IMG/VR virus record: IMGVR_UViG_3300025009_000052
Direction: 5' to 3' (one strand)
From: a virus
DNA: 64,000 bases
Part shown: positions 46,812-55,743 of the stretch, piece after piece
Layout: the number at the start of each line of letters is the position of its first letter
Numbering within the stretch: the stretch's first letter is position 1
Program-made: the position numbers and the translations under genes
Notes under the pieces: generated by a model
Databases searched by the model: none
The model's input: only the letters and a program-made list of their open reading frames with translations
Told to the model about the DNA's origin: nothing

Positions 46812-46866
46812 ACTATATACCACAAAAAATAAAAAACCCTCCAATTAGGAGGGTTAGTTTAGAAAA
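46812..46866 (-). repeat. 55-bp exact direct repeat, copy 2 (terminator + class II promoter)
   Basis: Identical to 40327..40381. Confidence 0.95.
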
Positions 46867-46878
46867 TTTATAATTTAA

Positions 46879-47865
46879 CTAATAAGATTTTTTAATATTG
46901 TTTTTCTTATTCAAAACTTCGTTACGGTGCGTCTTCTCTTGTTCTTTGATAAAAGTATCTAGAGTTTCTGCATCTTTACCTGTTGGAAAAACACTCTTAC
47001 TACTCCAATAATTGGTCGTATCTTTTTTTACAGGCTCTTCTTTGTGCCCGTAATATTCATAGGTATCTCCATCAGGTGTTGTTACGAACGTTTTCATACT
47101 TAAGGGGTATCCAATAGTAGGACAATCTGAAAAAGTGTCAACAAATACGATTTTATAGCCCATAAATCTAAAAGATTCTGTTCTACTCCAACTTCCCTTA
47201 AGTGTAGGATTACAAACAACTTTAACAACTGCATCCGCATAACCCTGGGCTACAGCTTTTTCCCCATTAAGCCAAAGTTCATTTTCGTAAGCTGCTCTGT
47301 ACGACTTTAATGTTTGCTTACCATTAGTTCTCTTTACGGTTTGCTTATCCATCATTGTAATTCTTTCTAACCAATGAACATATCTTTGGTCCAATTGAGA
47401 TAGTCCGTCTCCAAACTCACCGTAGAAACCACCCGTTGCTTTGTGACTCATTAGTTCACCAAAAGGTAGGATGTATCTCTTTCCTAAGAATTGAACTGTT
47501 TGGAAGCCCATACTAGCCGCAAAACTAGTGATGGTGTGTATTGGACGATTTAAGCTATTTAGGTAGTTTTGCAATTCCAATCCTGCATAGATAGATCCTC
47601 CACCCGAGTCAATAAATAGAAACATAGGGTCGCCACTGGGTAAAGAAGCGTCCATCTGTCTAGCTTTATCCATAACTTCTGCTACGGAAGAGCCGTCAAA
47701 ATAGGTATTCATAATCAGTGTGTTTTCCTTAGAAAGATTAATAGTAACAATACCGTCTTTGGACGACACAATGGTCTTATGGGGCTCGCTCTTTTTAACC
47801 TCTTTTGTTGCCCCAAATGTCAACGACACACACAAAAGAAGAATAAACATTAGTACTTTTTTCAT
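46879..47865 (-). CDS. ClpP/crotonase-fold protease with signal peptide
   Basis: MKKVLMFILLLCVSLTFG leader, FIDSGGGS, AASMG (Ser), LMSH (His), ELWLNGEKAVAQGYAD. Confidence 0.75.
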   Translation of the reverse strand: MKKVLMFILLLCVSLTFGATKEVKKSEPHKTIVSSKDGIVTINLSKENTLIMNTYFDGSSVAEVMDKARQMDASLPSGDPMFLFIDSGGGSIYAGLELQNYLNSLNRPIHTITSFAASMGFQTVQFLGKRYILPFGELMSHKATGGFYGEFGDGLSQLDQRYVHWLERITMMDKQTVKRTNGKQTLKSYRAAYENELWLNGEKAVAQGYADAVVKVVCNPTLKGSWSRTESFRFMGYKIVFVDTFSDCPTIGYPLSMKTFVTTPDGDTYEYYGHKEEPVKKDTTNYWSSKSVFPTGKDAETLDTFIKEQEKTHRNEVLNKKNNIKKSY

Positions 47866-47915
47866 TTTTTTCTCCTATACGGATTTACTACCGTTACTTT
47901 AATATACCATATTTT

Positions 47916-48182
47916 TTATATTTTATCGCACTTTAGTGGAAATATAATATTATGATCTCCATTGTGTATTTCCACATAATCATCTACTTCATTTAAGTTA
48001 TTGATATTATTAATGTAAAATCGACTATTGTATTTAAGGACAGTAACTTTGTTTTTATTAGACTGAATCACTATCTGTTTATGATTATAAGTACAGATTA
48101 AATCATAAGGAAATATTTCATGACAGTATCCTAAGATAGATAGTAAAAATAGAACAATACTAACGTTTCTGATTGTATTCAT
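47916..48182 (-). CDS. Small putative exported protein
   Basis: N-terminal hydrophobic leader, Cys pair in the mature part. Confidence 0.5.
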   Translation of the reverse strand: MNTIRNVSIVLFLLSILGYCHEIFPYDLICTYNHKQIVIQSNKNKVTVLKYNSRFYINNINNLNEVDDYVEIHNGDHNIIFPLKCDKI

Positions 48183-48557
48183 TTAAAACTCCCATTTTAT
48201 AGACACCGATACCATAGTTTCCTGTTTTTTAAAGTTATGCACAAAGTCTGGTCTAACATGACCACCTACAAATTTAAAGGTAAGTTTTCTAATTGGTTTG
48301 GTTCCAATTTCTCCTTTATAGAGGCTAGCCACTGTGGTCGTGATTATAAATACCGTACTCTTTTTTAATCCGGTTTTTTTCATCACATAGTATTCGGCTT
48401 TTTTTCTAACTTTATAGATATGATTAGATTTAAGAATTGCTTTTTGAACATACCCCTTAGCCCGCATAAAATTAGCCCTATTGTTTTCATCTGTCTGTTC
48501 ATCGGCACCAGTATTATAAGTTGCGACTATAAATATGATTAACAAAACATACTTCAT
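48183..48557 (-). CDS. Putative exported/outer-membrane protein
   Basis: Signal peptide. C-terminal amphipathic strand ending in Phe (VSVSIKWEF). Confidence 0.5.
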   Translation of the reverse strand: MKYVLLIIFIVATYNTGADEQTDENNRANFMRAKGYVQKAILKSNHIYKVRKKAEYYVMKKTGLKKSTVFIITTTVASLYKGEIGTKPIRKLTFKFVGGHVRPDFVHNFKKQETMVSVSIKWEF

Positions 48558-48562
48558 GTCTT

Positions 48563-48592
48563 ATATTAACATTAAAATTAGGTAAAAGTCAA
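48563..48592 (-). promoter_or_regulatory. Class I host sigma70-type promoter
   Basis: TTGACT-18 nt-TAATAT with TG extension. ATG lies 5 nt downstream. Confidence 0.6.
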
Positions 48593-49231
48593 CTATTTAC
48601 TGTTTTTAAGGGCTAAAAGTGCCTTGAGGATTTCACCGCTAGACGGTTTTTTGTCTAACTGATTGATATCTATGGAGTTTGATCCATCTACTATTTCGGT
48701 GGGCCCATTTATATTAATATTAACTGACGGAGATTCGTTTGGAGGTAATGGAATTGAGGCTGGGTTACCAGATGCTATTAATTTCTCCAACATTTCGATA
48801 GTTTTGTGATACTTTCCCAATAAATTAGTATCTAAGTTTTCAATAATCGCATCGTCATTAGTAGCTAAATACTTATTTAACTTATTAATATAATAACGAT
48901 TCATTGCCGACATAAAAGTAGCTACGGTATTGGCTCCTTCTATTTTAGAATTGCAGGTTTTATTCCACAAAGAAGAGGCAATGTCGTTGATTTTGGACAT
49001 CTTTTTATCATTCCATTTGCCTCGGTGAGCTACATAAAGTATGATATTTTTATTAAAATGGGATATTTCGGCAATTTCGGCATAGGTTTTACCAGAAACA
49101 TAGAGCTCAAACCATTGTGTGACTTTTTCTGAGTCTATTTTGACCAAACCTGGACATCCATTTTGTCGATACTCAACAATGGCATCTTTTTCATCTTGGG
49201 TCATATCGTCAGGAAGTCCTATTAAATCCAT
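48593..49231 (-). CDS. HTH DNA-binding protein (possibly terminase small subunit-like)
   Basis: 'YVSGKTYAEIAEISHFNKNIILY....KW' HTH followed by a helical region. Confidence 0.45.
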   Translation of the reverse strand: MDLIGLPDDMTQDEKDAIVEYRQNGCPGLVKIDSEKVTQWFELYVSGKTYAEIAEISHFNKNIILYVAHRGKWNDKKMSKINDIASSLWNKTCNSKIEGANTVATFMSAMNRYYINKLNKYLATNDDAIIENLDTNLLGKYHKTIEMLEKLIASGNPASIPLPPNESPSVNININGPTEIVDGSNSIDINQLDKKPSSGEILKALLALKNSK

Positions 49232-49572
49232 CTTTTTCCTTTTCTTTTAAAGATTACTTCTGTATCGCTCCAGAATAAAAATCTTACCCAATTGGCTATA
49301 TCGTGAAGTGCCCTTTCCTTAGTTTTTTTACTAACCTTACTTCCTTTTTTAAAAATAAAATCATACTCTACCGTTCCAGAGTATATCCCTAATGAGTTTT
49401 CTTTTTCAGAGTTCTCATCTAAGCAAAAATCATATTTTAAATTAAAAGTATCTAAATTGTCAAACACTAGCTTGGGCCATATTTTTAAATTCTGAAGCTG
49501 GAAATCCGAAACAACCCCTGTGAGTAATAGGTTGGTACGATCTTGTTCGACTACGTTATTAGGTTCCATCAA
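49222..49572 (-). CDS. Hypothetical protein
   Basis: 116-aa ORF coupled to both neighbours. Confidence 0.55.
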   Translation of the reverse strand: MMEPNNVVEQDRTNLLLTGVVSDFQLQNLKIWPKLVFDNLDTFNLKYDFCLDENSEKENSLGIYSGTVEYDFIFKKGSKVSKKTKERALHDIANWVRFLFWSDTEVIFKRKGKRWI

Positions 49573-50564
49573 ACACCTTCGGTTAGATTTTTTAAATAAT
49601 CATTTATTTGAAGTTTAGTTACGCCCGCAATTGGTTCAAAATAGCTTTCTAAATATTCTGGAAGTTGGTACAAGCCCTCTCTACTTACCTGAATTGTTTT
49701 ACGATCGGTTGGAACACCCTTAATACTAGCAATTTCTTTATATTTCTTTTTCATGGTTGTTATCCAGGACGTTTTTCCATGAAATTCCAGATAATTACGA
49801 GCAGTATTGGTTAATTCGGGAACTTCTTGGCCCTCATAAATAACATATTTATAGATAGGACTAACGACATTAGCTGTGGATATAAATTTACTAGAAATCA
49901 TAGACCCGTCGTCGTTGTGGTCAAATATCCAAATGCCCTTTTCCGAATTTGCATCCGCCATAGTGTCCCACTTGGGGGTTCCTATATATTGACACTTACC
50001 TATTTGCTGACCTTTATGTATATGTCCTGATATGATCTTATCTTGAGGGATTAGGTTAGGTTCTATGGCGTCTTCAGCATAAAATCCGGTCTCGTAAGAA
50101 GCGCCAGTAAAGGTTTGGTGGGCGACCAACAAAGTAGTAGCTCCTTTATTGTACAAAGTAACACAGTCGTCTAATAATTTTTCGTGATTTTTAGTATAAG
50201 GCGCATATGCAATGTTATTTATGATAGTGGGCGTATTAATAATATGAACATTAGGCCACTTACCATGAAATACATTTAAAGCATTAAATAGTTCTTTTTC
50301 CTTAGACCCAATTTGATCATGATTCCCTACTAAAACTATGATATTTTCTAGCCTACTATTGCTTAATTTAGAAAAAACTGTTAGCCAAAAAGTTTCAACC
50401 TCTACTCTTTTTACGGCATGGTTGTGAAATAAGTCTCCTAGAAACTCTATGGTATCGATATTTTCATTAAAAATTACATTAAATATATAATTCATTAACC
50501 TATTGGCTTCTTCTAGGTTAGTTAATTTAATATGTGGATCGCCGACTCTCAATATCCTATTCAT
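49569..50564 (-). CDS. SbcD/Mre11/gp47-like nuclease
   Basis: GDPH, LGDLFH, GNHD, AHQ, SGHIH, YIGTP. Likely start at ATG 50564. Confidence 0.9.
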   Translation of the reverse strand: MNRILRVGDPHIKLTNLEEANRLMNYIFNVIFNENIDTIEFLGDLFHNHAVKRVEVETFWLTVFSKLSNSRLENIIVLVGNHDQIGSKEKELFNALNVFHGKWPNVHIINTPTIINNIAYAPYTKNHEKLLDDCVTLYNKGATTLLVAHQTFTGASYETGFYAEDAIEPNLIPQDKIISGHIHKGQQIGKCQYIGTPKWDTMADANSEKGIWIFDHNDDGSMISSKFISTANVVSPIYKYVIYEGQEVPELTNTARNYLEFHGKTSWITTMKKKYKEIASIKGVPTDRKTIQVSREGLYQLPEYLESYFEPIAGVTKLQINDYLKNLTEGV

Positions 50565-50862
50565 CGTAAGCCACCACATAGTTAAAATCTAATAGAATAA
50601 ATTGCCTTGAGTCTCCACTTATTTCAAATTTCTGGGTCAAATGTTTTTGAGTATATAGATTTTCTTCTTTTACATAAACATATCCATCTTTGGGTATGGT
50701 AATAACTGAATTACCATAGGTAATCTGTGCGTCTTGCAATACTTTAAGCTTAACTATATTAGCTTTTTGCTGCACAGATGCAAATCCAGAGGTTACTTTA
50801 GTTTGGATTTTTCTTTCTCCAGAGTATATCTCTGTCATTACAAATCCATTTAGTGTTTTCAC
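50557..50862 (-). CDS. GroES-like co-chaperonin
   Basis: 101 aa: MKTLNGFV, mobile-loop-like TKVTSGF, C-terminal F.LL....VVA. Confidence 0.55.
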   Translation of the reverse strand: MKTLNGFVMTEIYSGERKIQTKVTSGFASVQQKANIVKLKVLQDAQITYGNSVITIPKDGYVYVKEENLYTQKHLTQKFEISGDSRQFILLDFNYVVAYDE

Positions 50863-51908
50863 AAGACCACTCCTTTTAGCATAATTATCTTTTTCTCTAC
50901 CATATTTAAATCATGGGACGCATTTATGATTTTATCTATAGAGTCTTTTTTAGTTACAATATCTTCAACATCTTGTTCTGGATCTGGAGTGTTATCGTAT
51001 ATTCCCACGCCTTCTTCTGATCCTCCGTCATAATTATCTTCGGAAATTTTACTATCGGTAGACACATAGCCCACACCATTAAGTAGGGTTCTAATATGGG
51101 ATTCAGAAATCGGTAGTGTTGGTATTTTTTTACCTTCTGTTGCGTCTTTTTCAAAAGACGAATTGACAGCCTTAGTCAGATCCTCAATAGAATCTATTTG
51201 AAGTCGATATTTAAGAGCATTTGCTCTATATAGAACTTTTTTATCTGTAGGGTATAGTCGCAAAAACGTTTTAGAATACTCCTCAATCATATTGCTGACC
51301 ATATTGCCAATACAGGTTGATCGCCACACCCTAGTATAGTCTCCACAATATTTATCGATGCCAGTAATCAAACCACACACACAAATATCTATTAAATCCA
51401 ATAAGTTAAGGTGAGATCTGGGGGTTTTTCTATAAAATAATTTAGCCCTATTAATAGCTAGAGGTAGGTTGTTTTCGATTAAAATTCTTCTAGCTTCTAA
51501 GTATTCGTTATAATAGTGCTGCACCTTTTCTGGTAGTGGCCCGCCCCAATTATCTACTATAAATTTAATTAGCAAATAATTTATTTTGTATCTACCGAGA
51601 TTATTCCCTTTCTTTTCTTTAAAATCAGATATTATCCTATCACTAAATGACGTAAACCTTTCTCTAAAGTAGGGCTTAGCACTTAATATATTGCCACTTT
51701 CGTGTAATATATAGTCTATAAATTTAGCATATATTTGGTTAGTTTTTGCGTATTTTTGGGCATAGTACTGGAACTTACGCTCCAGCGATATCATCAATTC
51801 AACCTGTTCTTTTTGGTCACCAATTAGACCATCATTGTCTATAATTGCTTGGTTGACTTGAATAGCCAGCTCTTGGAATTTTTTATCATATTGATTCTTT
51901 TTACTCAT
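50859..51908 (-). CDS. Sigma70-family factor truncated after region 4.1 (candidate late sigma)
   Basis: 'ARRILIENNLPLAINRAK.F' (2.1), 'LLDLI..CVCGLITGIDKY' (2.2), 'WRSTCIGNM' (2.3/2.4), 'VSTDSKI' (3.2). Ends at 'LNMVEKKIIMLKGVVL'. Confidence 0.75.
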   Translation of the reverse strand: MSKKNQYDKKFQELAIQVNQAIIDNDGLIGDQKEQVELMISLERKFQYYAQKYAKTNQIYAKFIDYILHESGNILSAKPYFRERFTSFSDRIISDFKEKKGNNLGRYKINYLLIKFIVDNWGGPLPEKVQHYYNEYLEARRILIENNLPLAINRAKLFYRKTPRSHLNLLDLIDICVCGLITGIDKYCGDYTRVWRSTCIGNMVSNMIEEYSKTFLRLYPTDKKVLYRANALKYRLQIDSIEDLTKAVNSSFEKDATEGKKIPTLPISESHIRTLLNGVGYVSTDSKISEDNYDGGSEEGVGIYDNTPDPEQDVEDIVTKKDSIDKIINASHDLNMVEKKIIMLKGVVL

Positions 51909-51931
51909 ATATATCTATATACCATATTATT

Positions 51932-53416
51932 CTAATAAAATTGTACAGTTTCACCCGTTTCTTCGTAATATTCTATGCGTTTTTTTAACTGTTGTTCTAA
52001 AATAGGCTGTCCAGTTACCCTAAAGTCGTAAATCATCGTAAAGGGTTTAGGTTTATGAAAAGAAGCATATTTGGAAATTTCTAGTTTTCTGGTAGACCTT
52101 CCCATTGGGCCCTGTTTTGTGACAACTTCAGAACTTCCACCCATTAAATTAATAGTATTGTGTGTGGGGTAAATATTAGTACCCGTAGCAATAGCTTTGG
52201 TTCCAATTAATATCTTACTGTCCCCTCTATTAAACCTATCAACCTGTTCCTGTAAGCTAACCTTATCTAGACCATATAGGGCGGCTTCTGCTTTACTACT
52301 ACTGTGAACATACCCGTAAGGAACTCTTAAAAGCTCAGATACCATCTGGATCTGAGACAGCTCTTCAACCAATATAAGGGTTGATTCTTTTTTAAGTTCC
52401 CAACTAGCATTGGCTATTTTAGCGGCAATTTCTATTATATTGGTGTTATGAAGAAAGTGCTCTCTTTTACACTCAATAGGATCTGTCTTTTTCTTAGTAG
52501 AGGGAGAGAAGGTAGTAATAACCTTAAACTTTAATGGACATAGATATCCTTGGGCAATAGCGTCTTGAATCGATAATGTCCAAACAGTTTTTCCTATGAT
52601 AGAGTACAGCAATATCTCACCCCCGTCTCCACGGCTCTGAGTGGCAGATACAAGAGCTCTATAGGGTATGTTAGCTAAGGCTCCATGACACGTTTTTTCA
52701 AGGGTTTCTGATCCGAATTGATGGCTTTCATCAATTAGCATAGCTTGTTTATCAGCAAAGAACTTATACTCAGGAGACCCCTCTTTAAGCATAGTTAGTG
52801 ACTTACCAATCGCTATCGTAATTGGTTTTTTAATATCTTTTTTTCCATCCCCAAAACCGCCCACCATAAAAGATCCGAAATGATACTCAAATTTTTCTAA
52901 TAATTCCATAAATATTGATCTTGAGGGGGTAGCCACTACTGTTCTTAGCCCCATTAATTGGGCTAACATCAATAAAATCAAAGACTTACCACTACCTGTA
53001 GAAAGTTCGATATTTCCATGTTTTTCGTTAAGTAAACTATTAACTGATCCCACCTGATACAGATATGGTGTTAAATCTAGGCTATTTTGCCATTTATAAG
53101 GTTTAAATTCAGGATATTCGACCAGATTTTCAACAGGAATATCTAATTTTAGATAAGGAACGCTTCCGGGTCTAATGTAGTAACCACCTGAATCTTCAAA
53201 TAAAAGGGTGGTTTTCTTTTGTGATTCTAATTCATTAATTCTATCCTGCCAAGCATCTGGATCTTTATTCCTTAACCACCGCATTTTTTTAACCTTACTA
53301 ATCTGAAAGACGATATCTTTATTCGTAAAGGTTAATTGTTGGCGAACCCAATTGATGTTTTCCTCTGTAAAATTAACTAGATATGCTTTAATAGGCGTTG
53401 TTATAACAATCTTCAT
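51932..53416 (-). CDS. UvsW-like SF2 DNA helicase
   Basis: STGSGKS, DESH, SAT, TGTNI, QGPMGRSTR, IYDF. Likely start at ATG 53416. Confidence 0.85.
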   Translation of the reverse strand: MKIVITTPIKAYLVNFTEENINWVRQQLTFTNKDIVFQISKVKKMRWLRNKDPDAWQDRINELESQKKTTLLFEDSGGYYIRPGSVPYLKLDIPVENLVEYPEFKPYKWQNSLDLTPYLYQVGSVNSLLNEKHGNIELSTGSGKSLILLMLAQLMGLRTVVATPSRSIFMELLEKFEYHFGSFMVGGFGDGKKDIKKPITIAIGKSLTMLKEGSPEYKFFADKQAMLIDESHQFGSETLEKTCHGALANIPYRALVSATQSRGDGGEILLYSIIGKTVWTLSIQDAIAQGYLCPLKFKVITTFSPSTKKKTDPIECKREHFLHNTNIIEIAAKIANASWELKKESTLILVEELSQIQMVSELLRVPYGYVHSSSKAEAALYGLDKVSLQEQVDRFNRGDSKILIGTKAIATGTNIYPTHNTINLMGGSSEVVTKQGPMGRSTRKLEISKYASFHKPKPFTMIYDFRVTGQPILEQQLKKRIEYYEETGETVQFY

Positions 53417-53420
53417 AACT

Positions 53421-53446
53421 ATATATACCACAAAAGCAATCTTTAA
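53421..53446. promoter_or_regulatory. Back-to-back class II (- strand, TTGTGGTATATAT) and class III (+ strand, AATCTTTAA) promoters
   Basis: Both motifs sit within a 33-bp divergent intergenic gap. Confidence 0.6.
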
Positions 53447-53449
53447 TTT

Positions 53450-54262
53450 ATGGAAAACTACATAGATATATCCCATGGCATGGAATTGTGGCCAGATAAA
53501 ATACCGAATCACCGAGAAAATGAAAACGGAATCCATTTTTTAGTGATTTATTATATCCTAAAAGATATAATAGGAACACTAAATCAAGATGATTTAACTA
53601 CCTTCAGAAGAATTGTTTATAATCTACAAACATTTGATACTCAAGGTCAAAAAGTCAAAGGACTTTATGATCGTGGAGCTTACGAATCTTTAAATCCCGA
53701 CAAGACAAATATTAGGACAATTAGCCACGACAATATAAATTCAATCGCTTGTTTTTCTAAGATACTAAACACACCCTATCATAAGGAAATTTACGATCAC
53801 GGTAAAGATAATTGGTGGAGATTTGATAATGTTTATCCAGAAAAACCAAGATGGTCTAGACTTATGCATCCAAGGGACATTATCTTTTGGTCATATTTAG
53901 CTAATAAGTTTTTATCTAAGTTTTTCATATGGGAACCAATGATAGAATGTTTATTAACATGCTATTTTAAATACGATTCTAGACCACAGCTACATGAACG
54001 AATCTGGTATTTTATTACTAGTAAGGAATATACAAAAATAACTGGGATAGCAACTAGCGGGAAATTACTAGCTTTTGTTAGACTATATACTGTAAAAAAC
54101 ACTTGGTTCGGTAAATTAACTTGGAAGCTGTGTACTAAGTTTATCAATAGGGATTTTGAGGAAGGCTGGTTTGGGGTAATATCTTTTTATTTTAAAAATC
54201 CTGATCACCCTATTAATTTACTTGCTAAAGAAATATATAATAACAATAAGGAGATGTTCTAA
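53450..54262 (+). CDS. Hypothetical protein co-transcribed with the endolysin
   Basis: 270 aa, Trp-rich, SHDN motif. TAATG-coupled to the endolysin. Confidence 0.6.
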   Translation: MENYIDISHGMELWPDKIPNHRENENGIHFLVIYYILKDIIGTLNQDDLTTFRRIVYNLQTFDTQGQKVKGLYDRGAYESLNPDKTNIRTISHDNINSIACFSKILNTPYHKEIYDHGKDNWWRFDNVYPEKPRWSRLMHPRDIIFWSYLANKFLSKFFIWEPMIECLLTCYFKYDSRPQLHERIWYFITSKEYTKITGIATSGKLLAFVRLYTVKNTWFGKLTWKLCTKFINRDFEEGWFGVISFYFKNPDHPINLLAKEIYNNNKEMF

Positions 54263-54627
54263 TGTACAAGTTTGGACCAAAAAGTTTAAAAGTAAGAGGG
54301 GAATTACATCCTGATTTGCAAATTATAGTGGACGAGTTAATTAAAAAAAGAGATGTTAGTTTACTATGTGGATATCGGGGAGAAGAAGATCAGAATAAGG
54401 CTTTTGAATCGGGAAATAGTAAGTTAAAATACCCCCAATCTAAACATAATAAGAAACCAAGCGAAGCTGTCGATGCGGCGCCCTACCCGATTGACTGGAG
54501 TGATATAAAAAGATTTGAAGACATGTGCAATCTAGTTGAAGAGATTGCTAAGGCTAAAAACATCAAAATAAGGCTCGGGAGGAACTTTAGTTTTGTTGAT
54601 TGGCCACATATTGAGCTTATTGACTAA
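54262..54627 (+). CDS. M15-family L-Ala-D-Glu peptidase endolysin (T5-like)
   Basis: LHPDL, GYR...Q, SKH....AVD, DWPHIEL. Confidence 0.85.
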   Translation: MYKFGPKSLKVRGELHPDLQIIVDELIKKRDVSLLCGYRGEEDQNKAFESGNSKLKYPQSKHNKKPSEAVDAAPYPIDWSDIKRFEDMCNLVEEIAKAKNIKIRLGRNFSFVDWPHIELID

Positions 54628-55660
54628 TTTTTAAATTTTTTCCGTTAAATAATCTAAAATTTCTTGAGTCCATTAGGGCTACTATCTTGTGGAGCATAAT
54701 AACTTCTTTATTGTACGATTTATCTGTAACTCGAAAATATGATTTTTTAATATTGTCTTTATGGTTTCTTAAAACTCTAGCAAAAAGCTGAAAGCTTGAG
54801 TCTATATTAGAACTTTTTTTCATGTCAATTAATGTTGTGATATTAGGGTCGTTAAATCCTAAGATTCCACGGTCAACAACTATTAATACGTCGTATTTTC
54901 CATTTTTGAATTCATTAATGTTTTTATTTTCTTTGTCGTTTGAGCTAGTACTTACTACGCATTTTCTACCAATTGATTTTAAGTAGTTAACTACTGTATT
55001 GGCCTGTAAAATGCTTCCACAAGCTATCATAACTTTGGATAAATTGGCTTGTCTATCTTGTAACTTACCCCAGACATCTTTGATATTGTTTTGGAAACCT
55101 ACTCCTATAACGTCCATATCTACAGCAGAAAAAACGTCATTTTTTTGTAATTCGTCTGCTGATATATAGTACATCCCATATTTTTTAGAACTAGTTTGGT
55201 TGTGAAGGTTAAATTTACTTGGGGTTCCCGACATAAGGACAATATGTTCTGGGCGGTATTTATTAATTATCTTTTGATCTGTATTTTCTAAAAACCACCG
55301 ATGACACTCGTCAACTATTAATAAATCTACCTTATCCCATTCTAACTTATTAATTCCCTGTGGTAAGCCGACTTGAACCTGAGCGTTTGATCCAAATGTT
55401 CCGTAGGTAAAGCGTATATGGACATTAGCGTCTTTTAATTCTGCAAGGTATTGATCTTGTAAAGTTTTTTGACCTTCGGTTAAAACGAGTATATTTGCAT
55501 TTGGATATATTTGGATATATTTATTAATTATAATATGGGATATTGTGGTTTTTCCTGAGTTTGGACAAGCAGCTAATACTGACGCTATGTATTGTTTATT
55601 TAAAGCGTTTTTTAAGACTTGTTCTGCGGCTTCTGTTTGGTATTTATAATTTGCTTTCAT
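54617..55660 (-). CDS. Compact SF2 (ResIII-like) helicase
   Basis: Q-motif YKYQ, CPNSGKT, VDECH, SGTP, GFN.P, QLFARVLR. Confidence 0.8.
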   Translation of the reverse strand: MKANYKYQTEAAEQVLKNALNKQYIASVLAACPNSGKTTISHIIINKYIQIYPNANILVLTEGQKTLQDQYLAELKDANVHIRFTYGTFGSNAQVQVGLPQGINKLEWDKVDLLIVDECHRWFLENTDQKIINKYRPEHIVLMSGTPSKFNLHNQTSSKKYGMYYISADELQKNDVFSAVDMDVIGVGFQNNIKDVWGKLQDRQANLSKVMIACGSILQANTVVNYLKSIGRKCVVSTSSNDKENKNINEFKNGKYDVLIVVDRGILGFNDPNITTLIDMKKSSNIDSSFQLFARVLRNHKDNIKKSYFRVTDKSYNKEVIMLHKIVALMDSRNFRLFNGKNLKISQ

Positions 55661-55666
55661 ACTTAG

Positions 55667-55695
55667 ATACTAGCATGGTAAGGGTGTTTTGTCAA
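55667..55695 (-). promoter_or_regulatory. Class I host sigma70-type promoter
   Basis: TTGACA-17 nt-TAGTAT with TG extension. ATG lies 6 nt downstream. Confidence 0.75.
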
Positions 55696-55696
55696 T

Positions 55697-55720
55697 AAAA
55701 AAGCCCCTCAGGAGAGGGGC
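55697..55720 (-). terminator. Rho-independent terminator
   Basis: GCCCCTC / GAGGGGC stem followed by TTTTTT on the - strand. Confidence 0.8.
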
Positions 55721-55743
55721 CAATGCAATGAATTAACTTATGG

